DNA from: Pseudomonas aeruginosa
GTDB lineage: Bacteria > Pseudomonadota > Gammaproteobacteria > Pseudomonadales > Pseudomonadaceae
Assembly: GCF_001457615.1 (NCBI RefSeq)
Contig: NZ_LN831024.1
Span: forward strand, 4,830,001-4,862,000
Reading direction: 5' to 3'
Length of the DNA: 32,000 nucleotides
Positions within the stretch are counted from its first letter, which is position 1; each line of letters opens with the position of its first letter. Under the pieces are notes generated by a model. The model searched no databases. It was given only the letters and a program-made list of their open reading frames with translations, and was not told the origin of the DNA. Shown here piece after piece: positions 1 to 10,400 of the stretch. Both the position numbers and the translations under genes were made by a program.

Positions 1-23
1 ATCTTCCGATCAGCGGGAGGCGC

Positions 24-51
24 ATTCTACAGCGTTCAAATTCGCTGTCAA
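24..51 (-). promoter_or_regulatory. Candidate strong sigma70 promoter (rrn P2-like) transcribing leftward out of the window
   Basis: The minus strand reads TTGACA (51..46), a 16-nt spacer, TAGAAT (29..24), then the GC-rich discriminator GCGCCTCCC. This architecture is typical of stringently controlled rRNA promoters. From memory, a 16S-23S-5S operon lies immediately left of sbcD in PAO1. Confidence 0.55.
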
Positions 52-201
52 GCACCTCGGTGAAGCTTCGTTTCGAACCCCTTCCGGGACCGAACCGCTG
101 CGGCGAACAACCTGCCGGAGCGCTTCACCACCCCCGGAGGAGAATCCGTAAATCCTTGATTTTCAAGCATTTACTCTTCATCGTCGCCGGGAGTGGTGCG
201 C

Positions 202-255
202 ATTATAGGGAGATAGAAACTGGCGTCAACACTTATTTGAAACTTTTCAACCCAA
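202..255 (-). promoter_or_regulatory. Candidate strong sigma70 promoter (rrn P1-like) with an upstream A/T-rich UP-like element
   Basis: The minus strand reads TTGACG (229..224), a 16-nt spacer, TATAAT (207..202), then the discriminator GCGCACCAC. An A/T-rich tract (230..255, GAAAAGTTTCAAATAAGTG on the minus strand) lies directly upstream of the -35. It is about 178 bp upstream of the second promoter, a tandem P1/P2 layout. Confidence 0.6.
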
Positions 256-377
256 AGGTCAGGAAGCCCAGAGGACGCCCCATTCCTCCTTTATAGGCTG
301 GCTTGCCCCGCCCTCTCCTTCTGTTGCCTCATATAAGGAATGCGAGCCACGGCTCCGCCGCTTTCGACGAGTGTTCC

Positions 378-1607
378 ATGCGCCTCATACATACCTCCGA
401 CTGGCACCTGGGCCAGACCCTGCACGGCCAGGACCGCGATCATGAGCATGCGCGCTTCCTCGACTGGCTGCTGCGCCAGCTGGAAGAGCAGCGCGCCGAT
501 GTCCTGCTGATCGCGGGCGATATCTTCGACACGATCAATCCACCGCTCAAAGCCCAGGAGCGCCTCTACGACTTCATCGTCAGCGCCCATCGGCGGCTGC
601 CGCGGCTGGAGATCGTGATGATCGCAGGCAACCACGACTCCGGCGCGCGCATCGAACTGCCCGCTCCGCTGATGAAACGACTGAACGCCCATGCCATCGG
701 CCGGATCGGCTGGATAGACGAAAGCCTCGATAGCGATCGCCTGCTTCTGCCCCTGCACGACGCGGATGGCCAGGTCGCCGCCTGGTGCCTGGCCCTGCCC
801 TTCCTGCGTCCCGCCGAAGTCACCGGAGGCGGGCTCGGCGACGATTACCTGGCCGGTATCCGCCAGGTGCACGAACGCCTGGTTGCCGCCGCGCACGTCC
901 GTCGCACGCCGGGACAGGCACTGGTCGCCGTCAGCCACGCACACATGGCCGGCGGCTCGGTTTCCGAAGACTCCGAGCGAAACCTGATCATCGGCAACGT
1001 CGAAGCGCTGCCCGCCAGCCTGTTTCCGGAGCAGATCGCCTACGTAGCCCTCGGTCATCTGCACAAGCCACAGAAAGTCGCCGGACAGGAGCGCATTCGC
1101 TATAGCGGCTCGCCGCTGCCGCTGTCCTTCGCCGAAGTGAACTATCGCCACCAGGTCCTCCTCGTCACCCTGGAAGGTGAGCGCCTGAAGGATGTACAGA
1201 GTCTCCCGGTGCCACGCGCGGTGGAACTGTTGCGCATCGGCCCCGCGCCTCTTGGCGAGGTGCTCGATCGAATCGGCGAACTGGCCGAGGCCGACCTGCT
1301 GAACGAACAGCGGCCCTGGCTGGAGGTCCGCGTCATGCTGGATCAGCCGCAACCGGACCTGCGCCAGCAGGTCGAGAGCGCCCTGCTGGGCAAGGCTTGC
1401 CGTCTGGTGCGCATCGCCAGCGAGTACCAGCGCCGCGACGAAGAGCAGGCGCCGCTGCTCGGGCTCGACCAACTCAACCCCCAGGAACTGTTCAGCCGCG
1501 CCTGGGAAAGCGCCTATGGCTCCGGCCCGGATGCGCAGGCGCTGGATGACTTCGCCAGCCTGCTGCAAAGCGTCGAACTGGCCACCGAAGAGCCCCCGGG
1601 GAAATAA
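378..1607 (+). CDS. sbcD: SbcD, Mre11-family nuclease subunit of the SbcCD complex
   Basis: Lies in ORF 303..1607. The ATG at 378 gives the N-terminus MRLIHTSDWHLG. Metallophosphoesterase motifs DWHLG, GDIFD, GNHD and SHAH are present. sbcC starts 8 nt downstream. Confidence 0.9.
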   Translation: MRLIHTSDWHLGQTLHGQDRDHEHARFLDWLLRQLEEQRADVLLIAGDIFDTINPPLKAQERLYDFIVSAHRRLPRLEIVMIAGNHDSGARIELPAPLMKRLNAHAIGRIGWIDESLDSDRLLLPLHDADGQVAAWCLALPFLRPAEVTGGGLGDDYLAGIRQVHERLVAAAHVRRTPGQALVAVSHAHMAGGSVSEDSERNLIIGNVEALPASLFPEQIAYVALGHLHKPQKVAGQERIRYSGSPLPLSFAEVNYRHQVLLVTLEGERLKDVQSLPVPRAVELLRIGPAPLGEVLDRIGELAEADLLNEQRPWLEVRVMLDQPQPDLRQQVESALLGKACRLVRIASEYQRRDEEQAPLLGLDQLNPQELFSRAWESAYGSGPDAQALDDFASLLQSVELATEEPPGK

Positions 1608-1615
1608 GCCGTTCC

Positions 1616-4600
1616 ATGAAGATTCTCGCCATCCGCCTGAAGAACCTCGCCTCCCTCGCTGGCGAGCAGGAAATCGACTTCACCCGCGAACCGCTGTCCA
1701 GCGCCGGCCTGTTCGCCATCACCGGTCCGACCGGTGCCGGCAAGAGCACCGTGCTGGACGCCCTGTGCCTGGCCCTGTTCGGCAGCACGCCGCGGCTGGA
1801 AAGCACTTCGGCCAGCAGCAAGGTTCCCGATGGCCGGAACGAGCTGTCCAGCAACGACGAACGCAACCTGCTGCGCCGCGGTTGCGCCAGCGGCTACGCC
1901 GAAGTGGATTTCGTCGGCATCGACGGCCACCGCTATCGCGCCCGCTGGGAAACCCGGCGCTCCCGGGACAAGGCGGACGGCGCCTTGCAAAAGAGCCAGC
2001 AGAGCCTCCAGGACCTGGAGACCCAGCAAATGCTGGCAGCGAACAAGAAAAGCGAGTTCCGCGAACAGCTGGAGCAGAAGCTCGGCCTCAATTTCGCCCA
2101 GTTCACTCGCGCCGTGCTGCTGGCCCAGAGCGAATTCAGCGCCTTCCTCAAGGCCAGCGACAACGACCGCGGCGCATTGCTGGAGAAACTCACCGACACC
2201 GGCCTGTACAGCCAATTGAGCAAAGCCGCCTATCAGCGCGCCAGCCAGGCCGACGAGCAGCGCAAGCAACTCGAGCAACGCCTGGAAGGCAGCCTGCCCC
2301 TGGCCGAGCAGGCCCGGGCCGGGCTCGAGGCGGCGCTGGAATCCCACGCCCAGGCGCGTCTCCAGGAGCAACAGGCCCTGCAGCGCCTGGAAGGCCAGCA
2401 ACAATGGTTCACCGAGGAGCAGCGGCTGCTGCAATCCTGCGAGCACACACAAGGCCAACTGGCCGAGGCCAGGCAGGCCTGGGACGCCCTGGCGACGGAG
2501 CGGGAAACCCTGCAATGGCTGGAGCGCCTGGCTCCGGTTCGCGGACTGATCGAACGCCTGAAGCAACTCGAGCAGGAACTCCGGCACTCCGAGCAGCAGC
2601 AGCGGCAGCGCACCGAGCAGCAGGCCGCGGGCGCCGAGCGCTTGCAAGGATTGCAGGCCCGCTTGCAGGAGGCGCGCGAGCGCCAGGCCCAGGCCGACAA
2701 CCATCTGCGTCAGGCCCAGGCGCCGTTGCGCGAGGCTTTCCAGCTGGAGAGCGAGGCCAGGCGCCTGGAGCGAACGCTGGCCGAGCGACAGGAACTCCAT
2801 CGGCAATCGAACCAGCGCCACGCCCAGCAAAGCGACGCCGCTCGGCAACTGGATATGGAGCAGCAGCGCCATGTCGCGGAACAGGCGCAACTGCAGGCGG
2901 CATTGCGCGACAGCCAGGCTCTCGCCGCGCTCGGCGACGCCTGGGCGACCCACCAGGGCCAGCTCGCCGCCTTCGTGCAACGTCGCCAGCGCGCGCTCGA
3001 AAGCCAGGCGCAGCTCCCCGAGCTGGAAAAATCCCTGGCCCACGCCGGTGAACCGCTCGAACGCTTGCAGGCGCAATGGACCGCCCTCCATGGCAGCGAG
3101 CCGGACGACCTGGCGGCACGCCTGGACGAATTGCGCCGGCAGACCGATAGCCTGGAACGACAACAAGCGCTCCACAAGGAATGGCAACAGGTCCTCGACC
3201 AACGCGCCGGTCTGGCTCGACGCCTGGGCGAACTCGACCAGCGTATGGTCGAGCAGGAGCAGGCATTGCTCGACCTGAAACGACAAGGCAGCCAATGCGC
3301 CGAGGAGGTGAAGGCGGCGGAGCAGGCCCTGCAGGTCACCCGCGAGTTGCTCCAGCGCCAACGTCTGGCCCGCAGCGCCAGCGTCGAGCAACTGCGCGCC
3401 GGCCTGGTGGACGGCGAGGCCTGCCCGGTCTGCGGCAGCCAGGAGCATCCCTATCACCATTCCGAGCAACTGCTCGCCGCCCTCGGTGAACACGACGACC
3501 AGGAGCAGGTCCGCGCCGAGCAGTCCCTCGAGCGGCTGCGACAGACCCTGGTCGGTCTGCGCGAGGGCTATTCCAGCCAGCGGGAAAGACTCAACCAGAG
3601 TCGCCAGGAGCAGCAGGAACTGACTGGCCAACTGGCCGCGCTCGATCGGCAACTGGACCAATGGACGCTGCCGGAAGAACTGCGACTCCTGCAGCCATCC
3701 GCGCAGTTGGAGTGGCTGGCACAACGCCTGGACGACCTGGCAGGGCAGCGCCAGCAGTGCCAACGAGACTTCGACCGGCTGATCGCCCGCCAGCGCCAGA
3801 CCCAGCAATTGCAGCAGGAACTGCGGGCCGCCGAGACGATCCTGCAACAGCGCCAGCAGGCGCTGACGGAACAACGGCAGCGCTACGAACATTTGCAGCA
3901 GCAGGTCGAGGAGGACAGCCAGCAATTGCGTCCATTGCTCTCCGACGAGCACTGGCAGCGCTGGCAGGCAGATCCGCTGCGGACTTTCCAGGCACTCGGC
4001 GAGTCCATCGAGCAACGCCGGCAGCAACAGGCGCGGCTTCAGCAAATCGAACAGCGTCTGCAGGAGCTCAAGCAGCGCTGCGATGAATCGAGCTGGCAAC
4101 TGAAGCAAAGCGACGAGCAACGCAACGAAGCCCGTCAGGCAGAGGAAAGGGCCCAGGCGGAACTCGCCGAACTGAACGGACGCCTCGGCGCTCACCTGGG
4201 CCAGCACGCCTGCGCCCAGGACTGGCAGCTATCGCTGGAGCACGCCGCGCAAGCGGCGCAGAGCGCCGTCGAGACGCTCCAGGCGCCCCTGGATTCGCTG
4301 CGCGAGGAACAACTGCGACTCGCCGAAGCCCTGGAACACCTGCAGCAGCAACGGCAGCGCCAACAGGATGAGTTCCAGCGCCTTCAGGCCGACTGGCAGG
4401 CCTGGCGCGAACGCCAGGACAACCTCGACGACAGCCGCCTCGACGCCCTGCTCGGCCTTTCCGAGGAACAGGCGACGCAATGGCGGGAGCAATTGCAGCG
4501 ACTGCAAGAGGAGATCACCCGCCAGCAGACACTGGAAGCAGAGCGCCAGGCGCAACTGCTCCAGCATCGCCGGCAGCGGCCGGAAACCGACCGCGAGGCG

Positions 4601-5251
4601 CTGGAAGACAACCTGCGGCAACAGCGCGAACGCCTGGCCGCCAGCGAACAGGCCTACCTGGATACCTACAGCCAGTTGCAGGCCGACAACCAGCGCCGCG
4701 AGCAGAGCCAGGCGCTGCTTGCCGAACTGGAGCGAGCCCGCGCCGAGTTCCGCAGATGGGGCCGCCTGAACGAACTGATCGGTTCGTCCAGCGGCGACAA
4801 GTTCCGCCGCATCGCCCAGGGCTACAACCTCGACCTGCTGGTGCAGCACAGCAACGTGCAGTTGCGCCAGTTGGCGCGGCGCTACCGCCTGCAGCGCGGC
4901 GGCAGCGAACTGGGCCTGCTGGTGGTGGACACCGAGATGGGCGACGAACTGCGCTCGGTGTATTCGCTCTCCGGCGGCGAGACCTTCCTGATTTCCCTGG
5001 CCCTGGCGCTCGGCCTGGCCTCTATGGCATCGAGCAAGCTGCGCATCGAGTCGCTGTTCATCGACGAAGGCTTCGGCAGCCTCGACCCGGAATCCCTGCA
5101 ACTGGCGATGGATGCCCTGGACAACCTGCAGGCCCAGGGGCGCAAGGTGGCGGTGATTTCCCACGTCCAGGAAATGCACGAACGGATCCCGGTCCAGGTG
5201 CGGGTCCAGCGCGAGGGCAACGGCATGAGCAGCCTGAAGGTGGTCGGCTGA
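1616..5251 (+). CDS. sbcC: SbcC, SMC/Rad50-like ATPase subunit of the SbcCD nuclease
   Basis: 1211 aa. N-terminal Walker A GPTGAGKST. Very long Q/L/E/R/A-rich coiled coil with a central zinc-hook CPVCGS. C-terminal ABC signature LSGGETFLISLALAL and Walker B LFIDEGFGSLD. Confidence 0.92.
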   Translation: MKILAIRLKNLASLAGEQEIDFTREPLSSAGLFAITGPTGAGKSTVLDALCLALFGSTPRLESTSASSKVPDGRNELSSNDERNLLRRGCASGYAEVDFVGIDGHRYRARWETRRSRDKADGALQKSQQSLQDLETQQMLAANKKSEFREQLEQKLGLNFAQFTRAVLLAQSEFSAFLKASDNDRGALLEKLTDTGLYSQLSKAAYQRASQADEQRKQLEQRLEGSLPLAEQARAGLEAALESHAQARLQEQQALQRLEGQQQWFTEEQRLLQSCEHTQGQLAEARQAWDALATERETLQWLERLAPVRGLIERLKQLEQELRHSEQQQRQRTEQQAAGAERLQGLQARLQEARERQAQADNHLRQAQAPLREAFQLESEARRLERTLAERQELHRQSNQRHAQQSDAARQLDMEQQRHVAEQAQLQAALRDSQALAALGDAWATHQGQLAAFVQRRQRALESQAQLPELEKSLAHAGEPLERLQAQWTALHGSEPDDLAARLDELRRQTDSLERQQALHKEWQQVLDQRAGLARRLGELDQRMVEQEQALLDLKRQGSQCAEEVKAAEQALQVTRELLQRQRLARSASVEQLRAGLVDGEACPVCGSQEHPYHHSEQLLAALGEHDDQEQVRAEQSLERLRQTLVGLREGYSSQRERLNQSRQEQQELTGQLAALDRQLDQWTLPEELRLLQPSAQLEWLAQRLDDLAGQRQQCQRDFDRLIARQRQTQQLQQELRAAETILQQRQQALTEQRQRYEHLQQQVEEDSQQLRPLLSDEHWQRWQADPLRTFQALGESIEQRRQQQARLQQIEQRLQELKQRCDESSWQLKQSDEQRNEARQAEERAQAELAELNGRLGAHLGQHACAQDWQLSLEHAAQAAQSAVETLQAPLDSLREEQLRLAEALEHLQQQRQRQQDEFQRLQADWQAWRERQDNLDDSRLDALLGLSEEQATQWREQLQRLQEEITRQQTLEAERQAQLLQHRRQRPETDREALEDNLRQQRERLAASEQAYLDTYSQLQADNQRREQSQALLAELERARAEFRRWGRLNELIGSSSGDKFRRIAQGYNLDLLVQHSNVQLRQLARRYRLQRGGSELGLLVVDTEMGDELRSVYSLSGGETFLISLALALGLASMASSKLRIESLFIDEGFGSLDPESLQLAMDALDNLQAQGRKVAVISHVQEMHERIPVQVRVQREGNGMSSLKVVG

Positions 5252-5269
5252 GCCGACCGCCCAGGCGGT
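5242..5269. terminator. Hairpins in the 21-nt gap between convergent sbcC and recD (possible bidirectional terminator)
   Basis: GGTCGGC (5242..5248) pairs perfectly with GCCGACC (5252..5258), and the loop is the sbcC TGA stop. A second small stem is ACCGC (5256..5260) with GCGGT (5265..5269). There is no U-tract, so this is not a canonical intrinsic terminator. Confidence 0.35.
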
Positions 5270-5272
5270 ACG

Positions 5273-7438
5273 TCAGAACGGCAGCTCGGTCTGTTCACCC
5301 GGAGCATGCGGCGGCTGCTCTTCCCTTTCCGGCCGCAGATGCAGCATCAGCCCGCTGAGCCGGCGCACCTTGCGCCGCACTGCTTCCTCGAACACCCCGG
5401 GCAGGCTTTCCACCAGGCTGAACCAGTCGCGGGCGCGGGTGATACCGGTGTACACCAGCTCCTTGGTCAGCACCGGGTTCAGCGCGTCCGGCAGGACCAG
5501 CGCGGTATGGGCGAACTCCGAACCCTGCGACTTGTGCACGGTCATGGCGAACACGGTGTCCACCTCTACCAGGCGGCTCGGCAGGACGAAGCGCACGCCG
5601 CCGCTACCGTCGTTGCGCGGGAAGGCCACGCGCAGCGCGAAGCGCAGGCTGCCGTCGTCGTTGCGCTCGGGCAGGCGCAGGGCGATGCCGATATCGCCGT
5701 TCATCAGCCCCAGGCTGTAGTCGTTGCGCGTCACCAGTACCGGCCGCCCCTCGTACCAGCCGTGATCGGCCTCGATCAGGCCAAGGCGCAGCAGTTCTGC
5801 CGCTACCCGCTGGTTCAGTCCTTCCACGCCCCATGGGCCGCGGCGCAGCGCGCAGAGCAGGCGGAAGGCGTCGAAAGCCGTCAGTACCGACTGCGCCCAG
5901 CGCTCCCAGGCGCCATCCTCCAGCGCCAGTCCGGCGGCCGGGCGGCCCTCGGCCAGGCGTTGCAGGTAGTGCCGGTAGCCGTACGGCGTGCCCGGCGCCT
6001 GCGGATGACCGTCGACGAACAGCCGGGCGAAGGCTGCATCGCGCTCCCCGCGCAGGCGCAGGTCGAAGAGGTCGGCGGGCGGACTGTCCAGCAGCGCGCG
6101 CGCGTCGCCGGCCTGTTGCCGGTTGACCAACCGCGCCAGGCGCCCGATCCCGCTGCTCGCGCCGAAGCGCCGGGAATGCCGCAGCATGACGGTCTGTTGC
6201 GCCAGCGGATGCGCCTGCGCCGAACCTTCGCGCAAGCCCTGCCAGGTTTCGCCGCTGACCCGCTGTAACCAGGCGCGGGTCTCGGTGCTGTACCAGCCCT
6301 CCTCGGCATCCCGGCAGAGATCGCCGAGCACCGCGCCGGCCTCTACCGAGGCCAACTGGTCCTTGTCGCCGAGCAGGATCAGGCGCGCCTGCGGCGGTAG
6401 CGCATCGAGCAGGCTGGCCATCATTTCCAGGTCGATCATCGAGGCCTCATCCACCACCAGCACGTCCAGCGCCAAAGGGTTGTCCCGGTGGTGGCGGAAG
6501 TGCCGGGTATCCGGACGGCTGCCAAGCAGACGGTGCAGGGTAGTGACCTCGGCGGGGATCGCCTGCAACACGTCTTCCGCCAGCGGCAGGGCCCGGACCT
6601 GCTGGCCGATGGATTCGGAGAGACGCGCCGCGGCCTTGCCGGTGGGCGCCGCGAGGCGGATGCGCAGCGGCTGGCCGGCGGCTACCGCCGGTGCCTGGAG
6701 CAGACCGAGCAGGCGCACCACGGTGGTGGTCTTGCCGGTACCGGGACCGCCGGTGATCAGGCTGAAATAGCCGCGGGCCGCCAGGGCGCAGGCCAGCTTC
6801 TGCCAGTCGGTGACGCGCTGGCCGTCTTCCGTAGGCGCCTGCGCGAACAGCGCGGCCAGGCGCGGCGCCAGGTCTGCGGCCAGGGGCGCCTGCCGACCCA
6901 GGCGCTCGCGCAGGGCCAGGGCGATCTCCAACTCGTGCCGCCAATAACGACGCAGGTAGAGACGCTGGGCGCAAAGCACCAGCGGCGAGGTCGCCGTCTC
7001 GCTCGGCTCGGGATCGCCTGGGCGCTCGTCGACCACCTCCACCAGCGGTGACGCCGCCAGGGCCTCGCGCCAGGCGTCGAGGCGCACGCCGTGCAGCAGT
7101 TGCGACGGCAACAGCACATCGCGGCCTTCGTCGCCTTCCGGCGGCAGCGAGAGCGCCGCGTCGGGCGCGCCGAGGGTCGCCTCCAGGTCCAGGCAGACGT
7201 GACCGTGGCCCAGTTGGTGGCTGGTCAGCGCCGCCGCCAGCAGCACCCGGGGATCGGCCTGCGGCTGCAACTCGACGAGGAAGGCGACGAACGCCCGGTC
7301 CAGCGCCCGTAGCCAGCCGCGCGCCACCCACAGGTCGAGCTGGCGCAGCAGGTCGTGGCGTGCCGCCAGCGGTTGCGCTACCTGGTCGTCGCGGCCATCG
7401 CGGACTTCGCCGGCCAGTTGCTTGAGGGTCGGATTCAT
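5273..7438 (-). CDS. recD: RecD, exodeoxyribonuclease V alpha subunit (SF1 helicase)
   Basis: 721 aa. Walker A GGPGTGKTT, Walker B VVDEASMID, LGDKDQLASVEAG, and C-terminal TVHKSQGSEF. The start ATG overlaps the recB stop (ATGA at 7435..7438). Confidence 0.92.
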   Translation of the reverse strand: MNPTLKQLAGEVRDGRDDQVAQPLAARHDLLRQLDLWVARGWLRALDRAFVAFLVELQPQADPRVLLAAALTSHQLGHGHVCLDLEATLGAPDAALSLPPEGDEGRDVLLPSQLLHGVRLDAWREALAASPLVEVVDERPGDPEPSETATSPLVLCAQRLYLRRYWRHELEIALALRERLGRQAPLAADLAPRLAALFAQAPTEDGQRVTDWQKLACALAARGYFSLITGGPGTGKTTTVVRLLGLLQAPAVAAGQPLRIRLAAPTGKAAARLSESIGQQVRALPLAEDVLQAIPAEVTTLHRLLGSRPDTRHFRHHRDNPLALDVLVVDEASMIDLEMMASLLDALPPQARLILLGDKDQLASVEAGAVLGDLCRDAEEGWYSTETRAWLQRVSGETWQGLREGSAQAHPLAQQTVMLRHSRRFGASSGIGRLARLVNRQQAGDARALLDSPPADLFDLRLRGERDAAFARLFVDGHPQAPGTPYGYRHYLQRLAEGRPAAGLALEDGAWERWAQSVLTAFDAFRLLCALRRGPWGVEGLNQRVAAELLRLGLIEADHGWYEGRPVLVTRNDYSLGLMNGDIGIALRLPERNDDGSLRFALRVAFPRNDGSGGVRFVLPSRLVEVDTVFAMTVHKSQGSEFAHTALVLPDALNPVLTKELVYTGITRARDWFSLVESLPGVFEEAVRRKVRRLSGLMLHLRPEREEQPPHAPGEQTELPF

Positions 7439-10400
7439 CGCTCGGCTCCCGGCTGGCCGCTGAACAGCGCGTCCAGGCGTTCGATCAGTTCCCGCGGCGG
7501 GCGCTCGAAGTGCAGGCCCTGGGTCGCCGCGCGGGCGCCGCGGAGGAACAGGTACACGGCGCCGCCCATGTGGCGGTCGTAGTCGTAGTCGGGCAGGCGC
7601 GCCTTCAACTGCCGGTGCAGGGCCAGCAGGTACAACACGTACTGCAGGTCATAACGGTTCTCCAGCACCGCGGCGGTCATCGCTTCCGGGCTGTAGGCGC
7701 CATCGTCGGCGCCCAGCCAGTTGGACTTGTAGTCGGCCACGTAGAAACGCCCCTGGTGCTCGAAGACCAGGTCGACGAAGCCCTTGAACATGCCGTTCAG
7801 CAGGGTCGGCGCCAGCGCCGGACGCGCCGCGCCGCCGAGGGTATGGCGCCGGACCAGGGCGTCGATCGCCTCGGCCTGGACCTGGTGGGTGGCGAACCAG
7901 AACTCCATTTCCACCTGGTAGGCGACCAGCCCGGCCAGGCTGGTTTCGCCACCGGGCCAACGCAGCGGTTCGGCGAGATACTGCTCCAGCCACAGGTCGA
8001 GCGGTTCGGCCCAGTCCTTCCAGCCACGCAGATCGCAGCGTCGCGCGACCAGTTCGCGGCGCCGCTGGGCATCGGCGCGCGCCACCTCGAAGCCTTCGCG
8101 GCCGGCCCATTCGAGCAGCCCGTGGAGGAAGGTGCCGGGAGCCGGTCCGCGCGGGAAGCGATGCAGGTCGTCGCGCATCTCGCTGGCGTGCGCGACCGGC
8201 GGCTGTTCGGCGGAACGGCCTTCTTCGTGGAAGGTGGCTTCCTCGGCGCTGATCGGCTCCTGCGATTCGTCGCTCTCCAGCACCTCGTCATCGTCCAGCC
8301 CGGCGGAGGCCTGCAATTGCAGGCCGGAATAGCTGGCGACCCACCACTTCTCGCGGCTGCTGCGGCGGGTTTCGCGGGCCTGCCCAAGGCCCTGGCCGCG
8401 CCCTGCGACATAGCGTTCGGCGTCCGCCTCGGGGGCCGGCTCGACGACAATCTCCCGGCACTCGCCGCGCAACGCGGCGAGGCATTGTCCGAGGCCATCG
8501 CTGCCGATGGTCGCGCCGCCGGCAAGCAGGTAGCCCAGGGCCCCCTTGTGCAACTCCGCCGACTTGCTGTTGCTCGCCACCAGCGGCGCGATGCCCAGCC
8601 ACACCGAATGGCGGGCGCGGGTCAGGGCCACGTAGAGCAGGCGCATGTCTTCGCCGAGGCGCTCGTCGTTGGCCTGCTCGTAGGCCCGCGCAGCCTGCTC
8701 CTTGCGCCGCGCCAGCTCGATGACCCGCCCTGCAGCGCCATCCTCGTGGAAACTCGCCGGCGCGCCGCTGTTGCCGTCCAGCTCCCTCCAGCTGCAGATG
8801 AAGGGCAGCAGCACCAAGGGGTATTCCAGCCCCTTGGACTTGTGGATGGTCACCACCTTGATCAGGTCGGCGTCGCTTTCCAGGCGGAGGATCTCTTCGC
8901 TCCCCGGACTCTGCACCTGCTCGGCCAGATGGCGGATCAGCGCGTGCTCACCGTCCAGCTCCACCGCCGCGCGCTGCAGCCACTCGGCCAGGTGCAGCAG
9001 GTTGGTCAGGCTGCGCTCGCCATCGGCATGCCGCAGCAGGCGCGCCGGCAGTTCGAAGTCGGCGAGCAGGCGCCGCAGCATCGGCAATACGCCCTGGGCC
9101 TGCCAGGACCGGCGATAGTCGCGGAAGCGCAGGACCATCCGTTCCCAGAACAGTTCGTCCTGGTTCAATCGTTCCAGGGTCGCCCAGTCCAGGTGCAGGC
9201 TGCGGGTAGCCAGGGCGACCCGCAGCAGCGTATCGGCACCGGGGTCGGCGCAGGCGCGCAGCCAATGCAGCAGGTCGGCGGCTTCCTGGCTGTCGAACAC
9301 CGAGTCGCGGTCGGACAGGTAGACGCTGGCCAGTCGTCGCGCCGCCAACGCGCTGCGGATCGCCTCGGCCTCGGCGCGACCGCGGACGAGGATGGCAATA
9401 TCCGCCGGGCGCAACGCCCGCCAGCCGCCCTGCTCGTCGGCGAAGCCGGCGCGGCCCAGGTCGGCCAGGCTCAGCCAGCGGCGGATGGCGCTGGCGCTGC
9501 GCTCGGCCATTTCCTGGCGATACGCCGCGGAGCCGAGCACGCCGGCTTCGACATCAAGGTTCCAGAACGTCATCGCTGGCGCCTCGGCACCGTCGATCAA
9601 CAAACGTTCGGCGCGCCCCTGGGCGTCCACCGCATGGAACGGCACCGGGTTTTCCAGCCCCTCGCGGGCGAAACGGAAGGCGCCGCGCGGATGCTCTTCG
9701 GCGAAGGCGAAGCAGCGGTTGGCGGCCGCCACCATGGCGGCGGTCGAGCGGAAGTTCTTGCCAAGGGTGTAATGCCGCCCGCGAGTGGCCTCGCGGGCGC
9801 GCAGGTAGGTATGGATGTCGGCACCGCGGAAGGCGTAGATCGCCTGCTTGGGGTCGCCGATCATGAACAGGCCGGTTTCCCGCGCCTGGGGCTCGTCGGG
9901 ATCGGCGGCGATCCGGTAGATGCGCTCGAAGATCCGGTACTGCACCGGGTCGGTATCCTGGAACTCGTCGATCAGCGCCACCGGGAACTGCTCGCGGATC
10001 AATTGCGCCAGGCGCTCGCCACCAGGCCCCTGCAAGGCGCGGTCGAGGCGGCTGAGCAGGTCGTCGAAGCCGATCTCGGCACGCCGCTGCTTCTCGATCT
10101 CCAGTTCGTGCCCGACTTCGCCCAACGCGTGCAACAACAGGTGGGGAGCGAGATCGGGACGCTCTTCCTGATGCGCGGCCCAGGCGTCGATGGCCCTTAG
10201 CGCGGCATGCTCGGGCGCCACGCGCTTGGCGGTGAGCTTGATCCGGGTCTGGCCGAACTTGCCGAGGTTGGCCGGCTGCTCGCCGCCCTCGCTCCAGTCC
10301 GCCAACGCTTGCAGCCAGGCGTCGAAGGTCTCGTCGCTGTCCTTGCCGCGATAGCTGTTGCCGTTCAGGTAGGGACGCAGGTCGCGCAGCAGCGCTTCCA

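Noticed and set aside
60-296. 78-aa ORF on the plus strand upstream of sbcD.
   Set aside because: It spans the two rrn-type promoter elements, has no SD and has an odd composition. The region is better explained as regulatory DNA.
1514-4207. 897-aa ORF antisense to sbcC. Similar long antisense or out-of-frame ORFs occur elsewhere: 291..1568 (-), 7510..10200 (+), 11970..14855 (+), 16712..18745 (+), 18761..20194 (+), 22517..24646 (+), 27425..29629 (+), 30440..31471 (+) and many shorter ones.
   Set aside because: In about two-thirds G+C DNA, stop codons are rare in non-coding frames. These products are Arg/Ala/Gly/Pro/Leu/Gln-rich low-complexity strings without motifs. Each lies opposite or out of frame to a gene with clear family signatures. 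The sbcC antisense ORF simply mirrors the CAG/CTG-rich coiled-coil codons.
4918-4925. E. coli Chi octamer GCTGGTGG inside sbcC, next to the recBCD genes.
   Set aside because: A single GC-rich octamer is expected by chance in this composition. The Chi sequence recognised by Pseudomonas RecBCD is not known to be the E. coli one. There is no clustering or orientation evidence within the window.
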